Source: Balanoglossus misakiensis (Eukaryota; Animalia; Hemichordata). Taken from it: a DNA stretch of 64,000 bases. The position numbers and the translations under genes were made by a program. Positions within the stretch are counted from its first letter, which is position 1; every line of letters starts with the position of its first letter. The notes beneath the pieces are model-generated. The model saw only the letters and a list, made by a program, of their open reading frames with translations. It did not search any database and was not told the DNA's origin. The stretch covers positions 8,757,146 through 8,821,145 of the forward strand of contig CM082584.2 in the NCBI GenBank assembly GCA_040954595.2. The letters are read 5' to 3'. Shown here in pieces: positions 28,421 through 40,300 of this stretch.

Positions 28421-28516
28421 GATATCATGGCATAGTGGTTAGGAACTTGGACTAGCATTCAGCAATGCCCAAAGGGATGTGGGTTCAAATCCCGGTAGGG
28501 GAAGGCACATTTTTTT
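28421..28516 (+). pseudogene. tRNA-derived element (tRNA pseudogene or SINE head)
   Basis: A-box TGGCATAGTGG (28428-28438), B-box GGTTCAAATCC (28482-28492) and a T7 run (28510-28516). No intact acceptor stem, so not called a tRNA. Confidence 0.6.
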
Positions 28517-28738
28517 CACATATGTGGGGGTTTTTTTCACAAATTTTTTTCAGTGTATAGTTTACCTCAAAAATAAGGTCAAATAAAAAAAAACTAATAA
28601 CTTTTCTCAACATTATTCAGTTTTAACTTTCTTGGATTTTCTAAACTTATGAAACTCTTCTATAAAATTATGTATATTTCCTGTGTCCGAAATCAACATG
28701 ATCACATGAATGATACGTGCCGTCTCCGTGTCAACAGA

Positions 28739-28810
28739 ACGTGACCAAAAACGACAAATTGTAACAAAATTTGCTAAAATTTTGTTACAATATGTTGTTT
28801 TTGGTCACGT
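28739..28810. repeat. Inverted repeat: 34-bp arms, 4-nt loop
   Basis: acgtgaccaaaaacgacaaattgtaacaaaattt-gcta-aaattttgttacaatatgttgtttttggtcacgt; the arms match at 32 of 34 positions. Confidence 0.92.
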
Positions 28811-30445
28811 CGTGCACGACGTACATGTACACGTTCGGTCGGAGTTTCTTGTCGTACGTGGTCAAACCATCACCATACATTATTACAGGTTCTCAAATTG
28901 CAAATTTCTCATTCTCTGAAGTTTGAAAATAAAACTTTGTTTCCACAACACTGACAGTTTCATTGGGTTAACGAACAGGAAAAGACTGACGAGAAAATTT
29001 GCAAAATGATGCCAATGTGGTGAATGAAGTGTATTACAGTGGCGAATAGTTTCGGACATCCAATGGCGTCTTCCTAGTAAACCAGAAATGAATCCTCTAC
29101 GAAGACATGAAAGTAGGAAGTGGACGTACAGTTCTTATTAACTGTTTAACAGAAGTACGGTTTAGCCATCAAGCGTCGAGAACAAAACGAAGAAGACAAT
29201 TTATTACTAATAGGGGCCCAGGTGAAAACACCTGCTGAGATGGGACGTTAGTAGAGGCTCGGCCCACGCACATCGTCTGCAACTTTTGTTGACAACGTCA
29301 TTCTAGTCACCCCTTTTATATTTATCTTGTTGATGACTAATTTTTAGCTAAGCAAATAGTTAAAGACGCCGGGCAGGCAATCGTAACCTTGTTGGTTTCC
29401 ATAGTGTTACATGAACACCGCCCTGACCTGGTACACCGAAATGGACATTGTAATTCACACTCGCGCACACACAGCCACACTAGGGCGAAAATGTAAACAC
29501 CGTCGACTGTCGACTGCTGCTAGCAGACCACAACCACGATCGGGAACTTCTCCCGATCGCGTTTGAATTGGTCAAGAAATATTCACCCAAATGCAAGTTA
29601 TTATTGAGGTAATAATGGAAATTTCGTCGAAGACAAGCATTACGAATCAACTGATCTGAAGACCGTCGTCTGATTCTGTTGTAGTCGACCGGCAGATCAG
29701 ATCAGCCGATTATGAATAATGCTTCAAACCCAAGCCAGCCGCTCCATTTTCAATGCACCGTCGCGTCGGCCTTGGCGAAAAAAAACGATCGTCGTATTCG
29801 TCTGCAATATCTGCTGAAACGTAGCCACGTTGATATACTTACGTTAACCCAGGTAACGCCGGATAGGTCCGTCAGTAAAACGTCGAGTTTGATTAAGGGC
29901 ACTTCGCCAAGCTCAGCTCGGCTTCAGTAAACCGCTGTCTCTCGCTATTAGTACAGTGTACACCAGGTCAGGTTGTTGCCTACAACGCGCACAACATTGG
30001 TCAAAATCACACTGGAACACGGCTAAATCTCGAACAACCAATTACATTCCCCTCTCTTGGTAACTCCTTCGTGTCTTGGTATTCCTTAACCGTGTCAAAA
30101 GTTAGTGGTTTTCACGTCATAGAGTCCAGATTTTGACCAGTTCGTCCGCAAACACACATTCAAATCTCCACCGACCGTATTTTCTTTACACTGACACCAC
30201 TTTACGATAATAGCGCAGTGCTGAAGCGATATAAGATATCAATCCGCGGAGTACGATATCCAATTATTTCATAAATTCCTACACCGATTCTGCCATATAT
30301 TCCAGACTAAATGATTATTTGAGCTATTTTTCTCCAAAATCATATCTTTTTAGGTAATTTATCATCGATTATGAATGAAAATTTGGAACTACATTGCGGA
30401 ACTATAACAATACACAAGCTGTGATGCGATATAGGTTTCGCCCGA

Positions 30446-30496
30446 CCAATTTGGCACGTGATCTTTTCATTGATTGGCGCTGTGGTGCGTGATTGG
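30446..30496. promoter_or_regulatory. Candidate promoter: three CCAAT boxes plus an E-box
   Basis: ccaat 30446-30450, cacgtg 30455-30460, attgg 30473-30477 and 30492-30496, in CpG-rich DNA about 600 nt upstream of a strong minus-strand donor at 29843. Confidence 0.4.
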
Positions 30497-33400
30497 CATT
30501 TGTCATGCTTATATTAACATATAATTGACACTTTTTCCGAATTCTTACCCTATCAAATTACAGCAAAGAGTCTCTAAAGTGAGAGACTAAAGCCCCCACT
30601 TGAGATCTAAAACTGCGTAAGTGAAAAATGCACACAGTCACAATCCCACACTTCCCACAACAGAGAACGCTGAAGGTCCTTTTTCCAAGTTGAGATACAA
30701 GCATACAAATATCTGAGCAGCCAATCCGCGAGTTGCACTTAAATAGGACGGACCTTCGACCAAAATGCACACAAAGCAACAGCGCCGTTCTGCATTAGAG
30801 CTATCACTTAAAATTTGTTCGAACAACAATAAAGTATATTTATTAGGCTCGACCTTATTTTAACGCGACAAGATGCAACGCCTAACCACTTATTTCCCTT
30901 TGTTCTCCGAAAAGTGATGAAAAAATCATGTTTCCAATAGTTATGGAGCGTAATCAAGACCGAAATCGCCCGGACCCTTGAGATGGTCCATAAGACAACG
31001 CAGTTTGTCCCTAGCATTCGCCTTAGCTGTAATATAAGAATCTCGTATTGGTGGACTACAGCGCTGGGAATGGGGACCATGACCAGACGACGATGGATCA
31101 ACTCTTTGAAGTCGTATACATTTGCATCATTCATTTTAGCTGACAGACACAGCTCAGTCTTCTCCTCCCAAATAAAGGATTAATTAACAAGAAATTATAT
31201 GAGGTGCTAACAAGATACGTAATTTTATGGCACGTTTAAATTTGGTGAATTCTGAATTCTATTCTTCTTCTTCCGAAAATGTACGGGTAAACTTGTAGTT
31301 TATTATAGTTTCTGCATTCGCATAAGGCTTATCATTTTTCATTTAACTTGGCTCGTCCCAATTACGCGTACATTGTTCTAGCAAACTCTGTTCTTCCAAC
31401 TGCGATCGACCGTCTCCTGGGGTCCTTCAACAAGCTGACATCAGTCAGTTCGTCTTTCCCGGTTTGGGGTTGCTGAGATCCCGCGGCCCACGGGTGCTGA
31501 GCGACGACATTGCCCGAGCAGAAGATGCAAAACACGCACGATCGATTGGTAACGATGTGTTCTCATTATGGCTTCATTTAGAATTTCTCATTCTCTAGAC
31601 AAAAGAACTCAACTAGAGAAGCAATTTATGATCCTTTGTGCTATGACTCTAATTGGCCCGATCTATGCCACAACAACCCCGCCAAAGGCACAATTTTCGT
31701 TCCTACGCTTGGAAGAGAAGTCTTGGGGCCAGTTACACACAGCGTGGCGCCTTCACCCCACTTTTGTTTTGTTGATGACAGTCAACAAAGGAGTCGGTAT
31801 TGTCACCAAAGCACTTTCTCCAGGGTTCCGACTAAAAAGTCAACACCAAAACGAAGAGACCACGAAAAAAGCGCAAACTTATACGTCGCCACTAAAACTA
31901 CACTGACCGTTTTGATCATTAGCTGTGCTCAAAACCAACAGAGAAAGAAGATAAAAATCGATTGACACTGTTGCCTAGCAATATTACTTCTTTACGCGCG
32001 TACAACTCCATCATGGTTATGAACGGTTGACTGGCTGGTGGCACAGCCAAATTGTGAAGTGAATATGCATAAGGTTACGTTATCGCAAACTTGTCAATGG
32101 ACCGTAACGAGATCTGTAATTGATAGCTTTAACAAGTTTAATCAGTTCATTTCTACTGTCCATGATCAGGCTTTGCAATTTTCCCCCACTCTTTGCAAGG
32201 CACAATGTCACCCAGTCGCACCAAAGGCGTTGTGTGTTGTCGTTGCACGCCCCCCCCCCCCCACCACAAGATGATTAAACTGGTATTTTAATGGCTGGTC
32301 TTGAGGTAGCCAAACACAATCAACAGGTGGCATCATGAAACCAGGGTGACGCCAAGGCTAGAATCTTTAAACGTATATAGCATGGGACTTCTCAGTCTGT
32401 CATCATCATGACTACCAAACAAAGAGACTCGGTATACTCTGCAACCCCTGACGACAAAAAGTGATAACACCTTGACCTCGATACAAGAAGATGACGAAAG
32501 ATGACGACTATCCCATCCAGAACAATTGGAGAGAATGGGTTGGGCCGCTCCTTTCCTCAGAGTCCTGCCTCGTCCTTCAAGATGCATTGGCGATAATTGA
32601 GCCGGAGAGGCGAGCGCAACAAAACAAATAACAACACCGAAGAATAAACCCAAATAAGGCAGCCTAAAAATCGAGTAACATATATGGAAATAGAAATTGT
32701 CGATTTATATATAGTTTGTGTGCTTGCTCCCCTCGGCTACATATACAAACAGAAGACCCTATATAGGCCTAGGTGATGGCGGAGTTTACACCTAATAAAC
32801 GTCAGCGAACCATGTCTGAGTATCAATTATTTACTTTGAACATTAGTTTGCAAATGTATCTCGTTTACTGCCACACATTATCAATTGAATTCTAAGACAG
32901 GTAACAAGACAACGGCTTCACGGGGGACGAAATAGTCTATCTAATAAGGCACTATTAAGTTGGATCCATGACTCTTTTGATGCGCACGTGTATACAGTCG
33001 TGATGCGCGTTCTGGTTGACGCACCTGATCACGTGAGGACACCTCTCGTGTCTTGATCCCTTCAAGCTTTTATGAAATTAACAATCGCCCGACCTTGCCT
33101 TGTTTCATTCCAACTTTTCAGCCGACCCAGATTGTATCGGTCGACACTGTGCACAAATATTTGGACTATTGTATCGCTCTTCAATAAATACAAAGGCATT
33201 TTGTGTGTACCGCAGAAATGATGGGCCCTGGGGGTCATCGCCTATTAACGCCTATATTGAATATCATAAATTCAAGAGAATCGCGTGGTATATACATGTA
33301 CTTGTCCGTGCAGGAATGTTAATGATGGAATTTTCATTACGTAGTCAGTTTCATTAGATACATACATGTATTTGTTTACTGTGATTCAAATAGTGTGTAC

Positions 33401-36400
33401 AGTTTCTTTTATTTTGACATCTAATTTGGTTTGGTTTATTTGCAAACACGCAACGTATAAAAGTGAACGTCCTGCGAAATAGTGTTGCCTGTCTTTTCTC
33501 CTCCGTGTTCATCAAATTTTTGCCATAGCTTTTGCAAGTTGGTTTATTGTTTTTGTCCTCGTACTAGTCCCATTTTTCTCTAATTTTGTTTTTGTTGTGA
33601 TTTATCGGACGGTAACTTAGCGATGCCTCGACCCTTTGCTGCCGCGATAAAATAAACGTCACACTAATGAGCATATTTCTATCGGCATAAATCTCATACT
33701 TCGCCCAGTTTCCTTCAATTCTCCCCGCTGTCAAACATCACAAATTCCACCAATCTTGCATTTGCTACAAGACTTTTTGACTTGAGTGTAATACAACCTA
33801 ACCTGTGAGACTGTCTTTCTCACCTACAGTCATAAATCATTATAACCAGGTGTTACTTAGCGAGGCGAAAACGGACCTGACCGGTCGGTAGCAGTGATCG
33901 ATCAACCAATGTGTCCTCTTCACACCGTTCGTTTGTTCACATCGAACTCTTCAAAGACACGCGGACACACAGAACACAATATTTAAAACTATAAACATCC
34001 GATGGGTTATCGCTAAAAGTTTGAAAAGGGCCCGATCTGTTTGAGTTTCTGCGGTTGATGTCGCTGTATTTAGGATGATGTGGACTCGCGTCGGTACAAT
34101 CATCATTTATAGTAATAGCCCGACACAAATGTCAAAGTCGAAAACTTGTACCTGTGATAACGTATCTTTAAAAAATATCCTTGACCCTTTAACTATGACG
34201 TTCGTGTAAGGGGTTCTTGTTTTGATTGCCACTCGGGTATATCTGTGCCACTGGGGTATCTGCACCTTATCAATCGAACGTGTGTGTGGGGGGGGGGGGT
34301 GACGAAAGTAAACATAGCTCATCGCCACGATACGTGCGCTTCGAACTTTCTCACTGTGTTCAAATTTAGCATCGCGATGATTGATTGGCCACAGAGCCGG
34401 CAGTGTCATCTATTTCGATCCATTTAACGCAGAGACCTAGCATCTTCCGTATCCATGACACCATTAACGATCGCGGTGGCATGTAAGGCAGATGTCATAA
34501 TTATATGACGGAGAGGCCTTTTTAACGTGATGAAGTCACTCATCCATTGCATGACATTTTATATAATATTACGTGAATATCATATTTACGTGAAATCTGT
34601 TCACTTTCTTTGCACAGTATCTAAGATATAACGCACATACATAAAACGACTGAATTAAGGGGCATGCCAAAATCTTGTTTGGGTGGTCCATATTATCGAA
34701 CCCCTCCTGTTTATACTTCGGGGCCGGCCCTGTCGTGACTCATTCTATCGTTAACAACGCCGGTGACATTCAACGGGAAATTATTTCAAATTTAAGATTT
34801 ATCTTTCTCAATTTACGAGTAAATTCCTGAACTATATCAGTCGCGCCCTGTGCTTGGTTCTAAAATAAGCTACACTAAAATTTAATTTAACTGATAGATT
34901 GGGGAGATTTCGAGAATAACTTTGGGTGTTATATTTCAAAGGTCTTGGATTTCAAAGTACGCATGTTTAGATTACATGACTTGGGCAATTTCTTTGTGCT
35001 CTGAATCGTTGCGTCTGGCAACGTTTTGGTCACGTGGCGTATTGCGCAGGCGTTTTGTAAAATACTCAGCTATCTATGTGAGTTCAAGAAAAAATATTAG
35101 CAAAGTGTTCAGACTTGGTTTTTCGTAGTCTGTGAGGGTTTCGGTCGGCCAGTTGGTCGACAGACAGACAGACAGACAGACTGTCAGTCAATCAACCAAG
35201 TAGAAAAACCAATCAAGATTTCGAAAGACAGTCGAACAGAGAGAGTCGGACTTTACAACTCATCCAGGTGGAAAACTCTACCGATTTAACAAACACAAAG
35301 TGTTCTTTTCCTGAGCAAATGTAGTCCATTGACTGGAGTAAGCTTATTAGCCATCGTGTTCGTCATTTTACTTGTAATTTCTAAAAATAACTTTAAAATA
35401 CAAAACGCAAAAGAAAACGAAAAGATCTCAATGCTAATTGAAAATGGACAGATGGTCTGAAGCCTTTTCCCACATATCGTTTTGTTCCAACTTGTTGTGT
35501 ATTTTAAAGCTTTCTTGGCTATGTCTTCAAGTTTCCTGCAACCTGTCGGCAATGAAAGCGCACAGGGCCCGATATTCTAGAGGTTACCAAGGGAACGAAA
35601 CAGTGAATAATGTTCACGTCAAAGTACAGACACAGATGCCAAAACGACACAGCAGATGAGAACGAAACCATCAGTCCATATACACAAAGCGTCAGTCTAA
35701 ACCAATCAACCAATTGACGTAGACAGGCTGACAGACAGACAGACGGAAGAGAGAAGATATTCTCTATCCAGCCAAGTGGAAAACCCAACCAATTGACCAA
35801 ATACAAAGTGTTTGTGCAGAATACGCATTTCAGTCTCCGTACTCTCTATTTTCTCGCTTTAATTCCTTAAAATAACAAAAAAATACAAAACAATAGACAA
35901 TCACTTAACACCAATTGAGTACCCAGAGGTAAATGGAATCTGCGATCTTCGTTCTCTTTCAACTTTCCTTGCGTCTTTCAAAGAGCTTTTCAAGCACCCC
36001 TTAAATTATCTCCCGCTTTCCTCGTTGACTTTTCTTCCCCCGAAACAAAACGGACAAATCCTTTCTTTAGAAGCCAACGCTAAGAAGAGACTTTTTAGAA
36101 TCTTTAGGGGACGTGTACCTCTACGTGGCGGTCATGATATGACAGTGAAATATGCGCGATTATATAAACACAACTCAAACTTTGGTCTAGTTGGTTGAGA
36201 ATTGTCAGCGACACCTCAGAGGTGCATAGAGCTAAAACCGGGTTTCTGAATTTGATTCCCTTCGTCACAATAGACACTAAACAATATCGCTGGCTTCAAG
36301 TTCCCTGAAGAACAACCATAATTAACCATGTGCACTATGACATTGACTCTTGCCTTTTGGTTAAAAGACCGTATTTATCTCTCTTGGGTCTTGACAAACT

Positions 36401-37212
36401 TTGTAGGTTTGCCTCGTTTTCTGGTATGTTGGGTGGAGAAATGAGGCCGAATGCGGAACAAACTCATTACCAAGTGATGGGCTGGGCCAGTCAACCTTCG
36501 GTCTTTTAACCTATAACCGAGAATAGCCGAGAATACCACGAGTCATCTGTCATTGTCACCGCCAACTCCTAACGACCACAATGTGAAACATTTGTCATAA
36601 AAATATTATGTTGCCTGAACATGGAAAGTAAACCAGTAGTTACTGGCAATACGCGTATTCGGAGCAAATATTGCGCAACGATTATTAAATTTCACGTAAT
36701 ATTTCTCCAATACAACCACTACTTTGACTTCAAGCAGTTTCAGATACGGGGACGTTTTGGTTGAAATACAATCGAATGGCAGATATGCAAATCACTCATT
36801 AATATGCAAAGCTCTCTTGCCGCACCCACCGATCTGAATGTCGTGCAACCAATCTCGAAAAGTTGCCCGCTCCTTGAACCAAAGAGTGACCTTTTGACAA
36901 ATATTGCAAAATGTAGCGTCTTATCTTTCTTCCTTTTTGATAAATTTCATGTTTATTTGTGAATAACATGTCGCAAAAGGGGCTGTTTAGGGATTTGGGT
37001 GACTTGTCCAGACCGGCACAAACACAAATCGCAACTAGAAACGTACGTGTGCGCAGTCACACGTTCTTCTTACGTGACATTCGGCGAGTTACACAGTTTC
37101 CCCTCGCAAACCAGGTCACAATTTCAACTCTAGAAGCCATCGTCTCCGAAAAGAAATACTAGGAGTAGGTCTGAGCACATTTCAAATAATATATGTAGCC
37201 ACCGTGTTCAAG

Positions 37213-37363
<151 letters not shown>

Positions 37364-40300
37364 CCGTCACCACCATCACCACCATCCTCACTGCTAATAT
37401 ATCATTGGGGTGCTTTCTCGTTCCATAGTCGATTTATAAGACTGGGGGAAAGGTTGATGAGATATTTCTTTTTCATCATATTCAAGCGTTCTCCGTTTAC
37501 ACAGGGATGCTCACAGGGTATTACATGTGTTGAAGGACAATTGCGAAAGGTATAGTGGATCGCCTGAGGGACAAAAGGCATGTGTAGACACAGTCTTTCT
37601 GAAAGACACCATCGGATTTAACGGTGTGCGTAACGGAAAGTCAGAACAACAAAGAACCGTCGTTTTCCCCCAAATCCATCTTTTTAACAAAATCAACAAC
37701 CCGCTTTCCAAGCTGAAATAATGAGCGGTTGGGTTTGACGTCACATTTTCGTCATTAACAAAAAGCTTTTAATTGGCTCCTTTGAAGGGGAACGCTTACA
37801 CAAAGCCATTCGATTATTTAACTTATTAATGATTGAGATCGTCCTATCAATGGAACAATGGTTTAGAACTTTACAAGAACAATGCAATAATAGCGCACAG
37901 GAAATTGTCGAGTGTTGGCCTTTTCAGTGTATCCTTCCGAGCGAGTTTGTTTAATTGAAAGTTTACGTCTCACAAAGGAGATACGTCCTTTGAAGGCTTC
38001 TTGGAGATTTTCACAGAAATTCTTCTGGGGAAAACTTAAGAAGATATCGCCAAAGTAAACCAATTAAGACAATGTCTGAAGAAAAAAAGAGAAGACCTTG
38101 CAAAATCCGTAAATTCCCAGAGAGTCAGCCCGGTAACAGACTGTACCGTCACGATGGGGTAATTCCCCTATTCTCTCACTTGCTGGCAATTTCGGGGCGT
38201 TGTGCGATGGTGCAACACGGATGGGCCCAACGCCTTTATCCTCCTATGCGTGAGCGTTGACCTTTGACCCCAGAACGCCCGAAACGATCAATTCAGCAAC
38301 TCTCTTAGTATCACAGCGAATAATTAGCCACGCTGGCTCACGAAGACTTTAAAAAGAAATCTGCTTGAAAATATATTTGCCCAACAGTCCACGACCACTC
38401 CCGCTAGCTCTCTGGACCTTATTTTCGGCCACTCCCATTTCAAACTTGATAACAAAGATATCGCAAGTTGTCAAGTAGCTTAAAGAGACTGAAAATACTG
38501 ATACCATCCTAAATTGTGATAAATTCTGTCCTATTTTCAGAGACAAAATCATGTATTTTCATTAATTGGAATTATAAACACGGAGAAATACTAGCAGGGT
38601 CCTAAAATTAAAGAGCTTTCTATATTCTTATGGTTTTGTTTCAATAATACTTTGCAACTTTCCACATCGGTTTTTGCCACTACTCCTAATTGATGAGACA
38701 TTCAGATTTCAATTAACTAACTTAACCGGGTTTCGATAATCGGACAACTTATTAGGTAGGCCAACTATTTAGTGTCTTGGCTTCGTTTGATGGCGATGCG
38801 TTGGAGATAATTTGCACGGGCGCTGTATTCGTCTGCTGTTTCGTTAGTGATGTTGTGGCCGAATAACTTTCGAATGATCAGGGGGGATGACTTACCCGCT
38901 ACCTTTCAAGTGAAGAAGACTTCTGATGAACGGTGTGTTTGTGCCTACGGCGAACTTTAAACTGATAGTCTAGGAAAGCGTACTTGTATTAAGGTTGTCC
39001 TTATTGTTGTGTATTATGTGTGTACCGGCATGCACGCCAGCTTACCTCTACGTCAACAGCTAAGAATGCGATCTTTGTACTCATTATTGCGCAAATCAAA
39101 AATAGAAAGGTGCGGGATCGCTTTTATTTAACAAACAATTGAAATTTAAAAAATGAACGTGGACTACATTTTTACCAACTGTATCATCTCGCTTTTTATA
39201 CGTCTTATTTCTTGAAGGGTTTTAAAATGAATAATTGAAAAATAAATTACACGTAGCTGTCCTGGCGCATGACTTAGCAATCTGACATCCATTTAATGTG
39301 ATGGTGAGTGGGATGACGGTGAAAGCCCGCGGGGGTGGGGATGGGTGTGTCGTGGATTCGCCACCCACTTCCAAGTATCGAAACTTTTGATTGCATTTAT
39401 ATCGCAATAGTTATATCTGCATTTATGATATACAGCCCAAGTATTTGTTGATTACAAACCAGAAGAAATACGATCTCAAAATGAGAACATATTTTGGGGG
39501 TAAGTTTGAACTTATCGCCATTTCAACGCCTTTGGAAACATAGCCTTATCTGGCAATGCCTGTGTTTTTGAACCAAAGATATTCAGTAGTAGCGGTACAC
39601 ATGTTATTCTCAGACAACGAACCCCGACAGCAGCTGTGTTTATTTTCCAAATTGATTCTGGCGACCGTAATTGACGGCGCTGTTGATGACGAAGCGCGGT
39701 AACTTTATGCGCGTGTTTATAGTAACCATGGAAACACGATGGCAAAGTACGCAAAGGCGATTTCTATAACGGGCATAGCGGCTCTTCAAACCCTATTTTA
39801 AGATTCTAAACTTTCGAAGGTCACTTGGAGAACTATTTTGACTGGTATTTGCACTTCAAAAGGCATACGGGTCGTCTATTTTTGGTTTTATTTCAAGAAA
39901 GGGTCGTTTGAATCCCGAGAAGAGGAACAGCGTCTTTATGGATCTAACTTTTATATTCACGATGTCTTCTCGCAGTTCCCTAAACATCCCAAACAGACTG
40001 TTATGAGAATGAAATAAGATGACGTCACCGGTCGCATCCCTATTTACACACAAGCGGCAAATCTTACATCTCTGAAACAATAATAGTTCATAAATTCGGC
40101 GTTCTGTCTTTTATACCTGCGTACAGGTGGGCTGATGGTGGCGCAAGCAATCTGGACATTTTACCGTTGCCCGGACACAGGGCTCAAGGGAATGACAACC
40201 GATGCAAATCACACGCACGAACAAACGTCCATGCATGCGAAAATTCACGTACTCGACTCGACTATAAAGTCAGGTGGAGGTAGGGCGTGATGATATTGGC

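Noticed and set aside
28421-28516. Functional tRNA gene
   Set aside because: A and B boxes are present but the acceptor stem does not pair and no clear anticodon arm forms; kept only as a tRNA-derived element.
34392-34732. Possible hAT-like MITE with cagagccggc ... gggccggccctg termini
   Set aside because: The terminal match is only about 10 bp with a mismatch, and there is no 8-bp target-site duplication.
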